Part shown: one piece after another, positions 1 through 9,189 of the stretch
Numbering within the stretch: the first letter of the stretch is position 1
Layout: each line of letters opens with the position of its first letter
IMG/VR virus record: IMGVR_UViG_3300003962_000117
Source: an uncultured virus (IMG/VR IMGVR_UViG_3300003962_000117)
Taxonomy: Duplodnaviria > Heunggongvirae > Uroviricota > Caudoviricetes
Direction: 5' to 3' (one strand)
DNA: 20,000 nt
Program-made: the position numbers and the translations under genes
The notes under the pieces: model-generated
Told to the model about the DNA's origin: nothing
Seen by the model: the letters and a program-made list of their open reading frames with translations, nothing else
Databases searched by the model: none

Positions 1-269
1 GTCAATTTTTTAAATAACAACTTAGCTATCGTTGTCTTGCCAGCTCCCGACAATCCGGTCATCCATATAACACATGGCTTGTAGTTAAAGATGGTTTTAT
101 GCCAGAATAAATCAAAGGCAGAGTATGAAAATATTTTAACAAAAACATCAATTCCTCCTAATGATAATGACAGTTTAAAATCTCCAGTAATTATAAAAGC
201 CAGCACAGCAGTTATTATCGAGGAATAAATTCTGTATATGGTAGATTTTATTATGAGAATGTATTTCAT
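1..269 (-). CDS. cysC: DUF2061-like membrane domain fused to adenylyl-sulfate (APS) kinase, 3'-truncated by window edge
   Basis: Not in ORF track. Manual translation from ATG at 269 (ATGA overlap with stop of 266..895): MKYILIIKSTIYRIYSSIITAVLAFIITGDFKLSLSLGGIDVFVKIFSYSAFDLFWHKTIFNYKPCVIWMTGLSGAGKTTIAKLLFKKL. The first ~58 aa match the DUF2061 pattern (K-x-x-x-Y-R...ITG...G...K...W); VIWMTGLSGAGKTTIA is the typical APS kinase P-loop. Confidence 0.8.
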   Translation of the reverse strand, partial: MKYILIIKSTIYRIYSSIITAVLAFIITGDFKLSLSLGGIDVFVKIFSYSAFDLFWHKTIFNYKPCVIWMTGLSGAGKTTIAKLLFKKL

Positions 270-895
270 GCCGCCTCCCTTATAAGTTTAAACCACGTTT
301 GATGGCCATTGACGTGAACGTATTCCAGCCTCTCATAAATAAAACCAAAGGTCTTGGCTGCATCAATAATAAATCCCTCTGTATATGTTACGCATTCCGG
401 ATACTCCCATTCACTCCCAGAGTAGTCACTTTTCCCCTCCATAAATGTTCCAAAAAATAACGAATCTCCGCGCATGACCTCGCCTAAGCTCATAAGGCAT
501 TTCTCAATTTGGCGTTTCGAGCAATGCGTAAATATTGAATGGGCTAAGACAAAATCAAAATCGCACCCAAACTCACCTAACTCGAAATTACTATCGTGCG
601 AAAAATGTGGCTTCTTTATTCTAACCAAATCCCATCCAATCTCCTTTTCAATCCCAGTATTCAGCACGGATTCATTTGGCTCAATTCCATAGTAATTGCC
701 CTCCATTAAATACGGTATCAATAATTTTCCAGCCCTCAAAGAACCGCATCCTATATCAAGAACTCTATGATACTCTCTGAGGCCAAGCTGAAAAAGTAGA
801 ATGAATTGATGGGCAGAAAAAAGGTCGTACTTGCGCCTGTGGCCTTTTCCGACATACTCCCTGTAATCAAAGTCTTTAGAATCTACGTCTATCAT
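266..895 (-). CDS. Class I SAM-dependent methyltransferase
   Basis: Motif I VLDIGCGSLRAG, YYGIEPN, and FDFVLAHSIFTH; type often found in glycan loci. Confidence 0.9.
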   Translation of the reverse strand: MIDVDSKDFDYREYVGKGHRRKYDLFSAHQFILLFQLGLREYHRVLDIGCGSLRAGKLLIPYLMEGNYYGIEPNESVLNTGIEKEIGWDLVRIKKPHFSHDSNFELGEFGCDFDFVLAHSIFTHCSKRQIEKCLMSLGEVMRGDSLFFGTFMEGKSDYSGSEWEYPECVTYTEGFIIDAAKTFGFIYERLEYVHVNGHQTWFKLIREAA

Positions 896-897
896 TT

Positions 898-1572
898 TTA
901 ATGATGCTTTAATGACTTGTCCAAAAATTCATTCACCTTAATCAAATTATCCTCGCTATAATTTAAAAATGGAAGCTCGTGCTGCAATTTAGAAATGACG
1001 CTCTGCGTATTGTTGATGAGATGGTCGAACTTGACAACAACCCTACTCTCTTTAATCATGGCGCTTTCTAAATGATATAAATATTTTCTTATCAATGCCC
1101 TGCACACATCTTCCTCAAACCCATTTCTGGCAATCAAAGATTTCACTATTTTATATTCATCTCTAACGGATTGAACATACTTGACATCATATCCGAGCTT
1201 AATCAAAGCACTCTTATACAAAGGCAGTAGCAAACAAATTCTTGGGTCTTTAATTGCAATGAGAGGATGCCCGCCAAATACAGATTCGAGTACATACTCA
1301 ATCAATGGCTTTAATTCACTTATGAGAGATTCGTGATTTACTAATACTCTCAGAACTGCATCGTGCGGGTCATCCCAAGAACTATTTAGCTTCTTGCTGA
1401 GAATGTACTCATTCAGGTTGAATATGCTTTTGTTTTCAAAAAAGCCCTTCGGGTTATCCTCTGCTGGAGGGGATATATCCTCGCCCAAATATGCACCTAA
1501 AATATTAATAACCCCAGTAAGCGCACTTGTCCCGCTCCGGTGCATACCAACTATTAAAATTGCGACCTTCAT
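898..1572 (-). CDS. Sulfotransferase-family protein
   Basis: N-terminal PSB-loop-like ILIVGMHRSGTS, then NPKGFFE and IKDPR, typical of bacterial glycan-associated sulfotransferase-family proteins. Confidence 0.8.
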   Translation of the reverse strand: MKVAILIVGMHRSGTSALTGVINILGAYLGEDISPPAEDNPKGFFENKSIFNLNEYILSKKLNSSWDDPHDAVLRVLVNHESLISELKPLIEYVLESVFGGHPLIAIKDPRICLLLPLYKSALIKLGYDVKYVQSVRDEYKIVKSLIARNGFEEDVCRALIRKYLYHLESAMIKESRVVVKFDHLINNTQSVISKLQHELPFLNYSEDNLIKVNEFLDKSLKHH

Positions 1573-1619
1573 ATATCTGCTTTCAAAAAAATGCGTCTCG
1601 AAATATTATTTTAAAAAGG

Positions 1620-2150
1620 CTATATCTTCTCGATAAAATAACTCGACCAGTCATCGGTTGAGATGAACATCTTAAATCCGTTGTTCAAGCAAAATTCATC
1701 AACGGCTTTTTTAACCTCGTGATATGGATAGTCGTGACCGCACAAATATCCACCCTTTTTAACTTTATGCCACCACATACCCAAGTCCTTTGTAACCGCA
1801 TCATAGCTATGGTTGGCGTCAATATAAACAAAGTCAAGGCTGTTATCATCAAACATACTGACAGCCCTGTGCCCAGTAGCCCTTATCATGGTCGCTCTCT
1901 CTCCGAAAGAGTATATCCTATCAAATGCGCTTGACAGGTTTTCCCTCTGAGCGTCTGCGCCCACATTAGCTACATCATTATAAGATTCTCTTGGCAGCTC
2001 CCTCCAAATATCAATCAGGACTAACTCTCTTCCATTCCAATTTTTCAGTATGTGCTCAGAATACTTCGCCTTCTGAACTCCGAGCTCAACCCCGATTCCT
2101 ACCAGACCTTTTTCATTAAGAAATGCTGGAAAATCTTCCCTTGTTTTCAT
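1620..2150 (-). CDS. Class I SAM-dependent methyltransferase (Methyltransf_24-like)
   Basis: GVELGV, LIDIW, LDFVYIDANHSY, KGGYLCGHDY motifs. Confidence 0.9.
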   Translation of the reverse strand: MKTREDFPAFLNEKGLVGIGVELGVQKAKYSEHILKNWNGRELVLIDIWRELPRESYNDVANVGADAQRENLSSAFDRIYSFGERATMIRATGHRAVSMFDDNSLDFVYIDANHSYDAVTKDLGMWWHKVKKGGYLCGHDYPYHEVKKAVDEFCLNNGFKMFISTDDWSSYFIEKI

Positions 2151-2157
2151 TTTTGTT

Positions 2158-3009
2158 TTATTTAGTTGGTTTATAATTTATTGCTTGTTCTGCTATTTTC
2201 AGATACCTGTGAATCATTAAATGATTGTTCATTATCCAATTTTGATTATCCTTTATCATCGCCTCATAACCCGCCTTTGGTATAGACAATATTTTTTCTA
2301 TCTGCGAGAATATATCTTCATAGTTGTGATAAAAATACGCCCTGTCAGCGAGTGAAGGTATCTTTGCGCACTCCTCGTTATAATCAGTAAGCAGCATTCC
2401 GCCAAATCCTATATTCTCAAAGACTCTATAATTGCATTCGTTGGTACTGGACTTGTTAAACGCCACATAGGAGTCCTGAACTACATTAGCATACTCTCTC
2501 CATGAAGCGGTTTTTATTGTATAAGATATTTTTCTCGCATCTAAATCAGACTTGAATTTATCAAAAAACAATTTCCTATTGACATATTCATCAATATGGC
2601 CGACAAACGAAAGCTGCTTCCCCCTGCCCTCTTTTATTCTTCTCATCAAATCTAATGTAAAAAAGAATCCGAGAGGAAGATGGGTTGACGGCCTATTCAG
2701 TTTCCTCCTCATTCCATCAACAGACATAAAAATATAATCATACGAGTTTGCATAATTCGGATAGGCGCTAAAAATTCCGCCATTATCTATGAACCACATT
2801 GCTTTAGGCACTTTTACGCTGGCCATGAGATGCGAATAGATGGACTTACCTTCATTAAATTCCTGCTCTATAATTAAATCTGCATTTTTTGCTCGCTCGT
2901 AAAAAACCTCTTTAGGCATTTTATAATTATAAAAACTCGCATCAAAATATTCACCGAGCCCCATAAAATCCGAGTCCCATAGCGTGAGAAATAATACCTT
3001 TGGCTTCAT
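2158..3009 (-). CDS. GT-B glycosyltransferase, CgeB/Glyco_trans_1_2-like
   Basis: WFID, LPLG, LSFVG, and NYRVFENIGFGGMLLTD matching the 'N-x-R-x-F-E...G...LTD' motif; C-terminal H-x-x-x-HR. Confidence 0.7.
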   Translation of the reverse strand: MKPKVLFLTLWDSDFMGLGEYFDASFYNYKMPKEVFYERAKNADLIIEQEFNEGKSIYSHLMASVKVPKAMWFIDNGGIFSAYPNYANSYDYIFMSVDGMRRKLNRPSTHLPLGFFFTLDLMRRIKEGRGKQLSFVGHIDEYVNRKLFFDKFKSDLDARKISYTIKTASWREYANVVQDSYVAFNKSSTNECNYRVFENIGFGGMLLTDYNEECAKIPSLADRAYFYHNYEDIFSQIEKILSIPKAGYEAMIKDNQNWIMNNHLMIHRYLKIAEQAINYKPTK

Positions 3010-3659
3010 ATTGAATACCCTAATTGCTTTTCCTGATTTATATCAAGGCGCTTTCTTATCGCAGACATATATCGAGATGGGATTTTGTATTTCGGCTTAC
3101 GAATATATGTTCCGCCATACGTCTCGTCACTACTCGTTATAATTATGTTGCTGCTTTTCCTTTTAATGGAAAAATTCTTTCCAATATCTACAATGATTTC
3201 CCTTCCGTTTCTTTTTATATCCTCGTACCTTATCAGCACATAATTACTTACCATCTCAGGCATCCTGTCGAGCAAGTATTCATTTTTCAACTTCCTTAAC
3301 TCAAAAATATCCTTATACTTTTTTTTATCTTTCCAATTCCTATCCTCTATAATTTCATTTCCAGTCGCCTCATCAATAGAAACCCATTCGTCAAGTAAAA
3401 ATGAACCCCATCTCTTATTTCGACCAATAGGAAGATGATGAGGGTGTTTTTTTAAAGAAGCCATCCATTGAACAGGGTTCCTGACAATTCCTATAAATAA
3501 AACATCATCAGTTCCAGATAGGTCGCTGTGTCCAAAAAAATGCTTCCATCCCCATAACTGCAAATGCTCTATGTCAAAATTATCTAACATAATCTTTTGA
3601 ATAAAGTTAGTGCCGGAACAACGCTCTCCGTATATGGTAAAGATTTTTATATCGCCCAT
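3006..3659 (-). CDS. Sulfotransferase-like (P-loop fold) protein
   Basis: IYGERCSGTNF (5'-PSB-like), GWKH, IVRNPVQWMAS (3'-PB-like R...S), LIRYED. Confidence 0.7.
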   Translation of the reverse strand: MGDIKIFTIYGERCSGTNFIQKIMLDNFDIEHLQLWGWKHFFGHSDLSGTDDVLFIGIVRNPVQWMASLKKHPHHLPIGRNKRWGSFLLDEWVSIDEATGNEIIEDRNWKDKKKYKDIFELRKLKNEYLLDRMPEMVSNYVLIRYEDIKRNGREIIVDIGKNFSIKRKSSNIIITSSDETYGGTYIRKPKYKIPSRYMSAIRKRLDINQEKQLGYSI

Positions 3660-3677
3660 TACTATTAAATTCTCAAA

Positions 3678-4421
3678 CTACAAGTTCATTTTTTTCACTC
3701 CTAAAAAAAGACCTCTGTATTTATTATATTCAAATGGCTTGCCTTCGCTAAATACGGTCTGCTGATACACGATGTCAAACCCTACCTCTTTGATTGCCTG
3801 AATTAGTTGCGTTTTTTTGAGCCAAAAAGATTTGCTATTACTGTACGAAGCCCATTTATTCATCTCGACTTTATCGCGAGTGGTATTGGAGTCGTATTCA
3901 AAAAACCACCTACCCAACTTCCCTTCATTCTCGCATATTGGAGATAAGCTAAACTGGCAATCGCGCATATCATCCTCTGCATAATGAGTGTCTATGATTA
4001 TAGTGTCGGTTATAGCTCCCATCTGCTTTAAAAATGAAACCGGATTGTCCAGATGGTACAAAATCCCGCAACAAAGAATCGCACCATACTTTTTTGACGA
4101 GCCGATATTTTTTACATCATCTTTCACAAAGATGAGATTTGATAGTTGTTTAAACTTGCTTTTTACAAATAGGCATTTCTGATAATTGGACTCGCGAGCC
4201 TCTACCCCAATTACGTCATATCCCATCTGCGCAAGCGCCACCGAATATCCGCCCTCAAGACATCCTAAATCCAAAATAGACGACTTAGCTCTAACGAATC
4301 TGCCTATACTGTCATAAACGGCTCGACTAAGAACGGAGTCTTTGTGCTCCTCTTTGCCAGCATCCATCGTAAATGTTCCGTCTGGAAATTTTATATTATG
4401 GGCTGTAAATTGCTCTGTCAT
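3678..4421 (-). CDS. Class I SAM-dependent methyltransferase
   Basis: ILDLGCLEGGYS, VIGVEAR, ILCCGILYHLDNP. Confidence 0.9.
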   Translation of the reverse strand: MTEQFTAHNIKFPDGTFTMDAGKEEHKDSVLSRAVYDSIGRFVRAKSSILDLGCLEGGYSVALAQMGYDVIGVEARESNYQKCLFVKSKFKQLSNLIFVKDDVKNIGSSKKYGAILCCGILYHLDNPVSFLKQMGAITDTIIIDTHYAEDDMRDCQFSLSPICENEGKLGRWFFEYDSNTTRDKVEMNKWASYSNSKSFWLKKTQLIQAIKEVGFDIVYQQTVFSEGKPFEYNKYRGLFLGVKKMNL

Positions 4422-6550
4422 TATAGATTTATGTTGATATATTTTTTCTCAATCCATCCAACAGTCACTTCATAATTTTCAACCGACAATCCCCATCTTT
4501 CACAAAATGCCTTACGCCTCTCTTTGTACATATCGCTCAATCCGCGCTTTTTAAGCTCCCTTCGTCCAAAATTTTTATCGTGATAATAATTGGGCGCATT
4601 TACCGAATATGACTTCCAGCCCTTAGCTCTCATTGCGTAGAAAAAATAATCATCTTCATATCCCCATCCAAAGCTATTAAAGGGTGGGTGCGATGGGAAT
4701 CTTACCTCCCTAAGCACATCTGTTCTAAATAATCCATACTGCGTCCAAGCCATTGGATACCAGCAGTTGATTTTCGTAATGACTCCCATTTTTTCATCCG
4801 CATCGCTCCGGCTTAATGTGCCGCTCCAGTGTCCATTATTTTTTTGACTCCTTTCATAATCGTAATACCCAATGATTGCTGCGTCCGGAAACATATCCAT
4901 TACCAGAGAATACTTTCTGATAGTGTCTGGCACATAAAGAATATCTCCATCAATCAAGAATGTTCGCTCGTGCGAAGCCAAGCATACGCCAAGATTTCGA
5001 GCAATAGACGAGCCGTAATTGTCGTTAAGTCGAACGTATTTTATCTGAGAACCAAACTCCTTAAATAGCTTGCCCGAATTATCATCGGAGCCATTATCCA
5101 CCACTATGACCTCTATGCCTTCGGCCAGCAACCTTCGGGCTGACTCTACGGATACATGACTCTCGTTCCAGTTAGTAATAATGGCGCTGGCCTTAACATC
5201 TTGATATTTTTTGTCATACACTTTTTTCATTCCGTTCTTAAATTCAAATTGCTTTTCTTCATCAAGAAATTTATGACTCACTCCGCCAAGATGATTAACG
5301 ATTGAGTCTTTTACAAGTGCGTGCCTGAATCCGTGATTTTGTAATTGTTTTGCGTAATCATTATCCTGAAACCAGAACTTAAACTTCTCATCGAACTCTC
5401 CTATCTTTTTCAAAACCTCTTTCTTCATTACAACGCAGTACCCGAATACCTGCTCGCCAACATTATAGCCGAGCCATACCGGAGACGGGACGGATATTTC
5501 GGGTCTCGCCTCGAACCACTCTTTCCAGAAAGGACAAGCCGAATCGAGATTGTGCTCGCCCATTGCATTTACCATTTCAGATAACCACCCTCCTTCAAAA
5601 ATCACATCGTTGTTTGTAGCGACAATGTACTTGCTTTTGCATTTTGAAAATCCTATGTTCAAAAACTTGTTGAAATTAAATTCCTGCTTCGGAATAATCA
5701 CATTAGCGTCATATCCTTTTGGGAAATCCTTGTCGAATTTTTTATTGGTTTCTATCAAATACACATTGAACTTGACTTCTTTTTGAGAGCCTCTCAGAGA
5801 TGAAATTGCGTTCTTGGTCATTTCGTATATCTGCTTATCCTTCGTATAGGACAGCATTACCACATCAACCTCAATGCCTATTGGGTGCTGCTTTACGAGC
5901 TTAATGGAATATAGCTTCCACCCTTCGCATCTTTGAGCCTGTTCGTAGAAACGCCCATCAGTCATATCGCTGGAGGCGTCTTTAACCCAGCCCTCTTCGT
6001 GACTCAGAACAACAATGGGTGTTTTATTTTTCTGCGCGGCCAATGAAAAATACAAATCAGTGTCTTTAGATGACGGAAAGTTTTGGATTGACACTTTAAT
6101 GGTGTCCGTGTGATACCCAGAGCATCCGGATGCAGCGACATGAACGAAAGTATCTGAGTCTGATTTTTGATTGCACTTTACGATTTGACCACCCAGCGCC
6201 AGCCCGTGAAAAGATACTATCGCTTTTCTATGATACCTTTCGATGCCATCAATCATTTTGCCTACATAGCCTCTCGGATAAACGACCCCTTCGTTAACAT
6301 GGAGCGCATACCCACTCAATTTATCGCTGAAATAGAATTTGCCAGCACTTCCGTATCCACTGTGGATGATGTACTCTATTTTATTTGGAGCGATTTTCTG
6401 GATTTCATTGGCCAACTCCTGACTATAATTAATCAAGTATAGATAAAATTTATCGGCCTGATGCAGCAGGGAATTTATGGTGTCGCGCAAATAACTCTCA
6501 TTAACGCTTGAGATGCATACTGATACTTTATCGTTTTTTTTATTCTTCAT
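4421..6550 (-). CDS. Three-module GT-A (GT2-like) glycosyltransferase; first module degenerate
   Basis: Module 1 (aa ~1-215) is paralogous to the N-half of 6540..8099 but lacks the DDD motif. Module 2 has FNFNKFLNIG, TNNDVIF, FWFQDND. Module 3 has VVDNGSDD, ARNLG, IDGD, GWGYEDD. Confidence 0.85.
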   Translation of the reverse strand: MKNKKNDKVSVCISSVNESYLRDTINSLLHQADKFYLYLINYSQELANEIQKIAPNKIEYIIHSGYGSAGKFYFSDKLSGYALHVNEGVVYPRGYVGKMIDGIERYHRKAIVSFHGLALGGQIVKCNQKSDSDTFVHVAASGCSGYHTDTIKVSIQNFPSSKDTDLYFSLAAQKNKTPIVVLSHEEGWVKDASSDMTDGRFYEQAQRCEGWKLYSIKLVKQHPIGIEVDVVMLSYTKDKQIYEMTKNAISSLRGSQKEVKFNVYLIETNKKFDKDFPKGYDANVIIPKQEFNFNKFLNIGFSKCKSKYIVATNNDVIFEGGWLSEMVNAMGEHNLDSACPFWKEWFEARPEISVPSPVWLGYNVGEQVFGYCVVMKKEVLKKIGEFDEKFKFWFQDNDYAKQLQNHGFRHALVKDSIVNHLGGVSHKFLDEEKQFEFKNGMKKVYDKKYQDVKASAIITNWNESHVSVESARRLLAEGIEVIVVDNGSDDNSGKLFKEFGSQIKYVRLNDNYGSSIARNLGVCLASHERTFLIDGDILYVPDTIRKYSLVMDMFPDAAIIGYYDYERSQKNNGHWSGTLSRSDADEKMGVITKINCWYPMAWTQYGLFRTDVLREVRFPSHPPFNSFGWGYEDDYFFYAMRAKGWKSYSVNAPNYYHDKNFGRRELKKRGLSDMYKERRKAFCERWGLSVENYEVTVGWIEKKYININL

Positions 6551-8099
6551 TTTCGATGTAGGCTTTATCCTTGACGGAATTATATAGCTCCTTTGAATTT
6601 ACTTTTTCTCCCCACTTCGCATTAAACGCCTCCCGCCTTTCTTCAAACATGGCGCTCATGTTCATTATCTGCATCTGTCTTAAAGAAAAATGGGCATCAT
6701 GATAGTAGTATGGCGCATCAACACTCAGGGAAATCCATCCGTCCTTAGAAAATTCTCTGTACAGCCAGTCGTCCTCGAATCCATATCCGCACATATCGAA
6801 TGGTGGGATTGAAATGAACCGATACTTTTTCAGAACCTCTGTCCTGAAAAGTCCGTACTGAGTCCAAGCTATCGGATACCATGTGCCTATCTTTTTGATT
6901 TTACCCATGACTTTATCAGCAAGCTCTTTATGCTGAGTTCCATGAGAGAGATTTCCATCTTTCCTGAGCTCCCAGTCGAAGTATCCCAAGCAAGCGCAAT
7001 TATCAAATTTATTTATCACACGCTCGTACTCAGAAATCGTATTTGGCACATACAAGATGTCTCCATCAATGAGGAAGGTGAATTTATTGCCAGCCGGAAT
7101 TAAATCAATGCCGATATTCCTTGCGATGCTTGAGCCGTAGTTCTTATTTAGCAGAACGAGTTTTATTTTGCTGCCAAATCTTTCCTTGAATTTATCTCCA
7201 GAGCCGTCAATGGAGCCATTGTCAACAACTATCACGTCAATATTTTCGCTTAAAAGCCTTTCAATCGTGCCGAGCGACACATGGCTTTCGTTCCAGTTCA
7301 GGACAATGGCCGAACACTTATTAGCCCCGTGATTTTTAACTGGACTACTGACCGCTCTTTCTGGCTTCTCCTTGAAGCTCACTCCATAAAGTTTCCATTC
7401 GCCTATCTCGGAAACCCTTTTCTTGTGCTCTAAGAAGCCGCTTGCCGCCCGCGTAATGGCTATCGAGCTTTCGGAATACATCTCAGTAATCCAATTCGAC
7501 TTATGAGCAAGAACACATATCGGAACTTTTTTCTTCTGGGCTAAAATGGCGAAGTGAGTGTCTGCCATATTGGGGGACGGGAAATCATTCATGGTCGGAC
7601 TGATTGTATCACTATGCCATCCCATACAGCCAGTCCCTCCGGCATGAGCGAATAGGTCGGTATGCAGCTCATCTTTAAATGTGACGAACCAGACATGGCT
7701 TGTTGCGTAATCGGCAATAGGAAATTTAAAGAGCCTGCCGTGAAAGGTGACGACCGCCAGCCGATTGTACTTTTCGATGCCCGCCACAACCTTCTCGACA
7801 TAATCTGGCGGGTAAATCAGGTCGTCATCGAGCGTCAACATGAACCCTTTTAGCTTGTCTGCCCAGTGGAATTTATGGGCGTCTCCGAGCTTATTATCTC
7901 CTATTACAAAGCATATCTTGTCCGGAGATATGTCTCTCAGTCTTTTAGCGGATTTTAAGTCGTAATCGTTTAGGTATAAATAGACCCCATCAACCTGATT
8001 GATGATTGATTCTATGGTCTTGGTCAGCAGATGGCCTCTCTCTGGAATACTTGAGATGCACGCATAAACTCTATCCTTTCCTGTACGCCCTCTATTCAT
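6540..8099 (-). CDS. Two-module GT-A (GT2-like) glycosyltransferase
   Basis: Module 1: SSIPER, GDAHKF, TLDDDLIYPPDYV, GGTG. Module 2: VVDNGSIDGS, ARNIG, IDGD, GYGFEDD. Confidence 0.85.
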   Translation of the reverse strand: MNRGRTGKDRVYACISSIPERGHLLTKTIESIINQVDGVYLYLNDYDLKSAKRLRDISPDKICFVIGDNKLGDAHKFHWADKLKGFMLTLDDDLIYPPDYVEKVVAGIEKYNRLAVVTFHGRLFKFPIADYATSHVWFVTFKDELHTDLFAHAGGTGCMGWHSDTISPTMNDFPSPNMADTHFAILAQKKKVPICVLAHKSNWITEMYSESSIAITRAASGFLEHKKRVSEIGEWKLYGVSFKEKPERAVSSPVKNHGANKCSAIVLNWNESHVSLGTIERLLSENIDVIVVDNGSIDGSGDKFKERFGSKIKLVLLNKNYGSSIARNIGIDLIPAGNKFTFLIDGDILYVPNTISEYERVINKFDNCACLGYFDWELRKDGNLSHGTQHKELADKVMGKIKKIGTWYPIAWTQYGLFRTEVLKKYRFISIPPFDMCGYGFEDDWLYREFSKDGWISLSVDAPYYYHDAHFSLRQMQIMNMSAMFEERREAFNAKWGEKVNSKELYNSVKDKAYIENEE

Positions 8100-8120
8100 T
8101 GCAAAAATAAGCTATGGCGT

Positions 8121-8173
8121 CAAAAATAAAAAAAATAAGTAGCGCAATCCGTTTCCGAAGAGCGCTACTTATT
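8121..8173 (-). terminator. Intrinsic terminator downstream of the paired small genes
   Basis: 12-bp perfect stem aataagtagcgc (8134-8145) / gcgctacttatt (8162-8173), inner UUCG-GAAA-CGGA hairpin on the minus strand, followed on the minus strand by a long T tract. Confidence 0.8.
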
Positions 8174-8199
8174 AACAAAATAGCTATAAAATCCCTGTA

Positions 8200-8610
8200 T
8201 TAAGGGATAGAAGGAGGCGTCAAGCAACTCAAAGCTATCCAGCTATGACGGCCAGCAACGTGAACAAAAATCGCTCTTCCAACTCCATTGAAGGAGGCTG
8301 AATTTGCTCCGCAAATCTTATCAGAATCATCTTCTGATTGGAAAGCGTTAATGATGATTGGGTTGATTGGCGCATTGCTGCGGATGGTCATGAAGAAACC
8401 AAATCCAACTCCGAAGTTTCCTTGACGGAAGAGCGAAGTAATGGACATGAGGTTAACGATGAGCCCTCCTGCAACGAGGTCGCAATCGAATACTTTTGGG
8501 AGAACAGGAACGGCTCCTTGACCAGAGCTTGTAGGCTCTACCGAGAAGTTGTATGTGTTTCCTCCTGTCAATACTTGGTATTGAGGAGTTGTCATTAGTT
8601 CTATTGTCAT
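8200..8610 (-). CDS. Small beta-rich putative virion structural/decoration protein (paralog 2)
   Basis: Aligns end to end with 8699..9103 (PQYQ, NTYN, P-LPK-FD-D, NLMSITSLF, FGVGFG, DSD-ICG, HVAGRH-W); resembles the N-terminal domain of the collagen-like protein. Confidence 0.6.
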   Translation of the reverse strand: MTIELMTTPQYQVLTGGNTYNFSVEPTSSGQGAVPVLPKVFDCDLVAGGLIVNLMSITSLFRQGNFGVGFGFFMTIRSNAPINPIIINAFQSEDDSDKICGANSASFNGVGRAIFVHVAGRHSWIALSCLTPPSIP

Positions 8611-8636
8611 TTGCTTTTGATTTATTTTTTATTGAT

Positions 8637-8671
8637 AAGGCAAGCGATGGCTTTTAATCATCGCTTGCCTT
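8637..8671. promoter_or_regulatory. Intergenic 13-bp stem-loop between paralogous genes
   Basis: aaggcaagcgatg (8637-8649) / catcgcttgcctt (8659-8671); no U tract on the coding (minus) strand, so it may be a processing/stability hairpin or leaky terminator. Confidence 0.6.
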
Positions 8672-8698
8672 TGTTGTCAATTCGTCAATAGCTCGGTA

Positions 8699-9103
8699 TT
8701 AAGGAGCTGGAGTGAAGCACACCGCATGGAACCAGTTGTGGCGTCCTGCTACATGAATCCATCCGGCCATTCCTGCTGGGAATGCAACAACAAGTTGCGG
8801 CTGACCGCAGATAGTATCAGAATCCCCTTCTGATGTAAATGCGTTCCAAACGATGTTGGCCAAGCCAGCAGTTTTGGTGTAGAAGATTCCGAATCCTACT
8901 CCGAAACCACCTTGAGCAAACAAAGAAGTGATGGACATAAGATTTATTGTCACCACACCTGCGGTAGTGTCAATGTCGAAACACTTCGGCAGTTGAGGAA
9001 CTGTTCCTCTTCCTGAACTTGGAATCTCTGAATCGAGATTGTAAGTGTTGTTGCCAGTAAGTTTCTGGTATTGTGGGGCTGTGTCTAAAGTGATAATAGC
9101 CAT
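8699..9103 (-). CDS. Small beta-rich putative virion structural/decoration protein (paralog 1)
   Basis: Contains DIDTTAGVVTINL...G...N-I...DTICG...W, a pattern like the 'DTxxGxxTxxLP...DxIxG...W' domain of phage baseplate/fibre proteins; very A-rich leader. Confidence 0.6.
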   Translation of the reverse strand: MAIITLDTAPQYQKLTGNNTYNLDSEIPSSGRGTVPQLPKCFDIDTTAGVVTINLMSITSLFAQGGFGVGFGIFYTKTAGLANIVWNAFTSEGDSDTICGQPQLVVAFPAGMAGWIHVAGRHNWFHAVCFTPAP

Positions 9104-9189
9104 TTTTTAATTTTTTTTTAGATTAGTGTTCTTCGATAGTTTTGATAAGCAAAAGTGGTGAATAATAAGGCACGATTTTTCTAAAAATT

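Noticed and set aside
8101..8128. Bacteroidota -7 promoter elements TATTTTTG (8102-8109, 8121-8128) before the GT operon, and CACTTTTG at 9150-9157
   Set aside because: Plausible but AT-rich, with no properly spaced -33 TTTG; one is too close to the ATG and another overlaps the terminator T tract.
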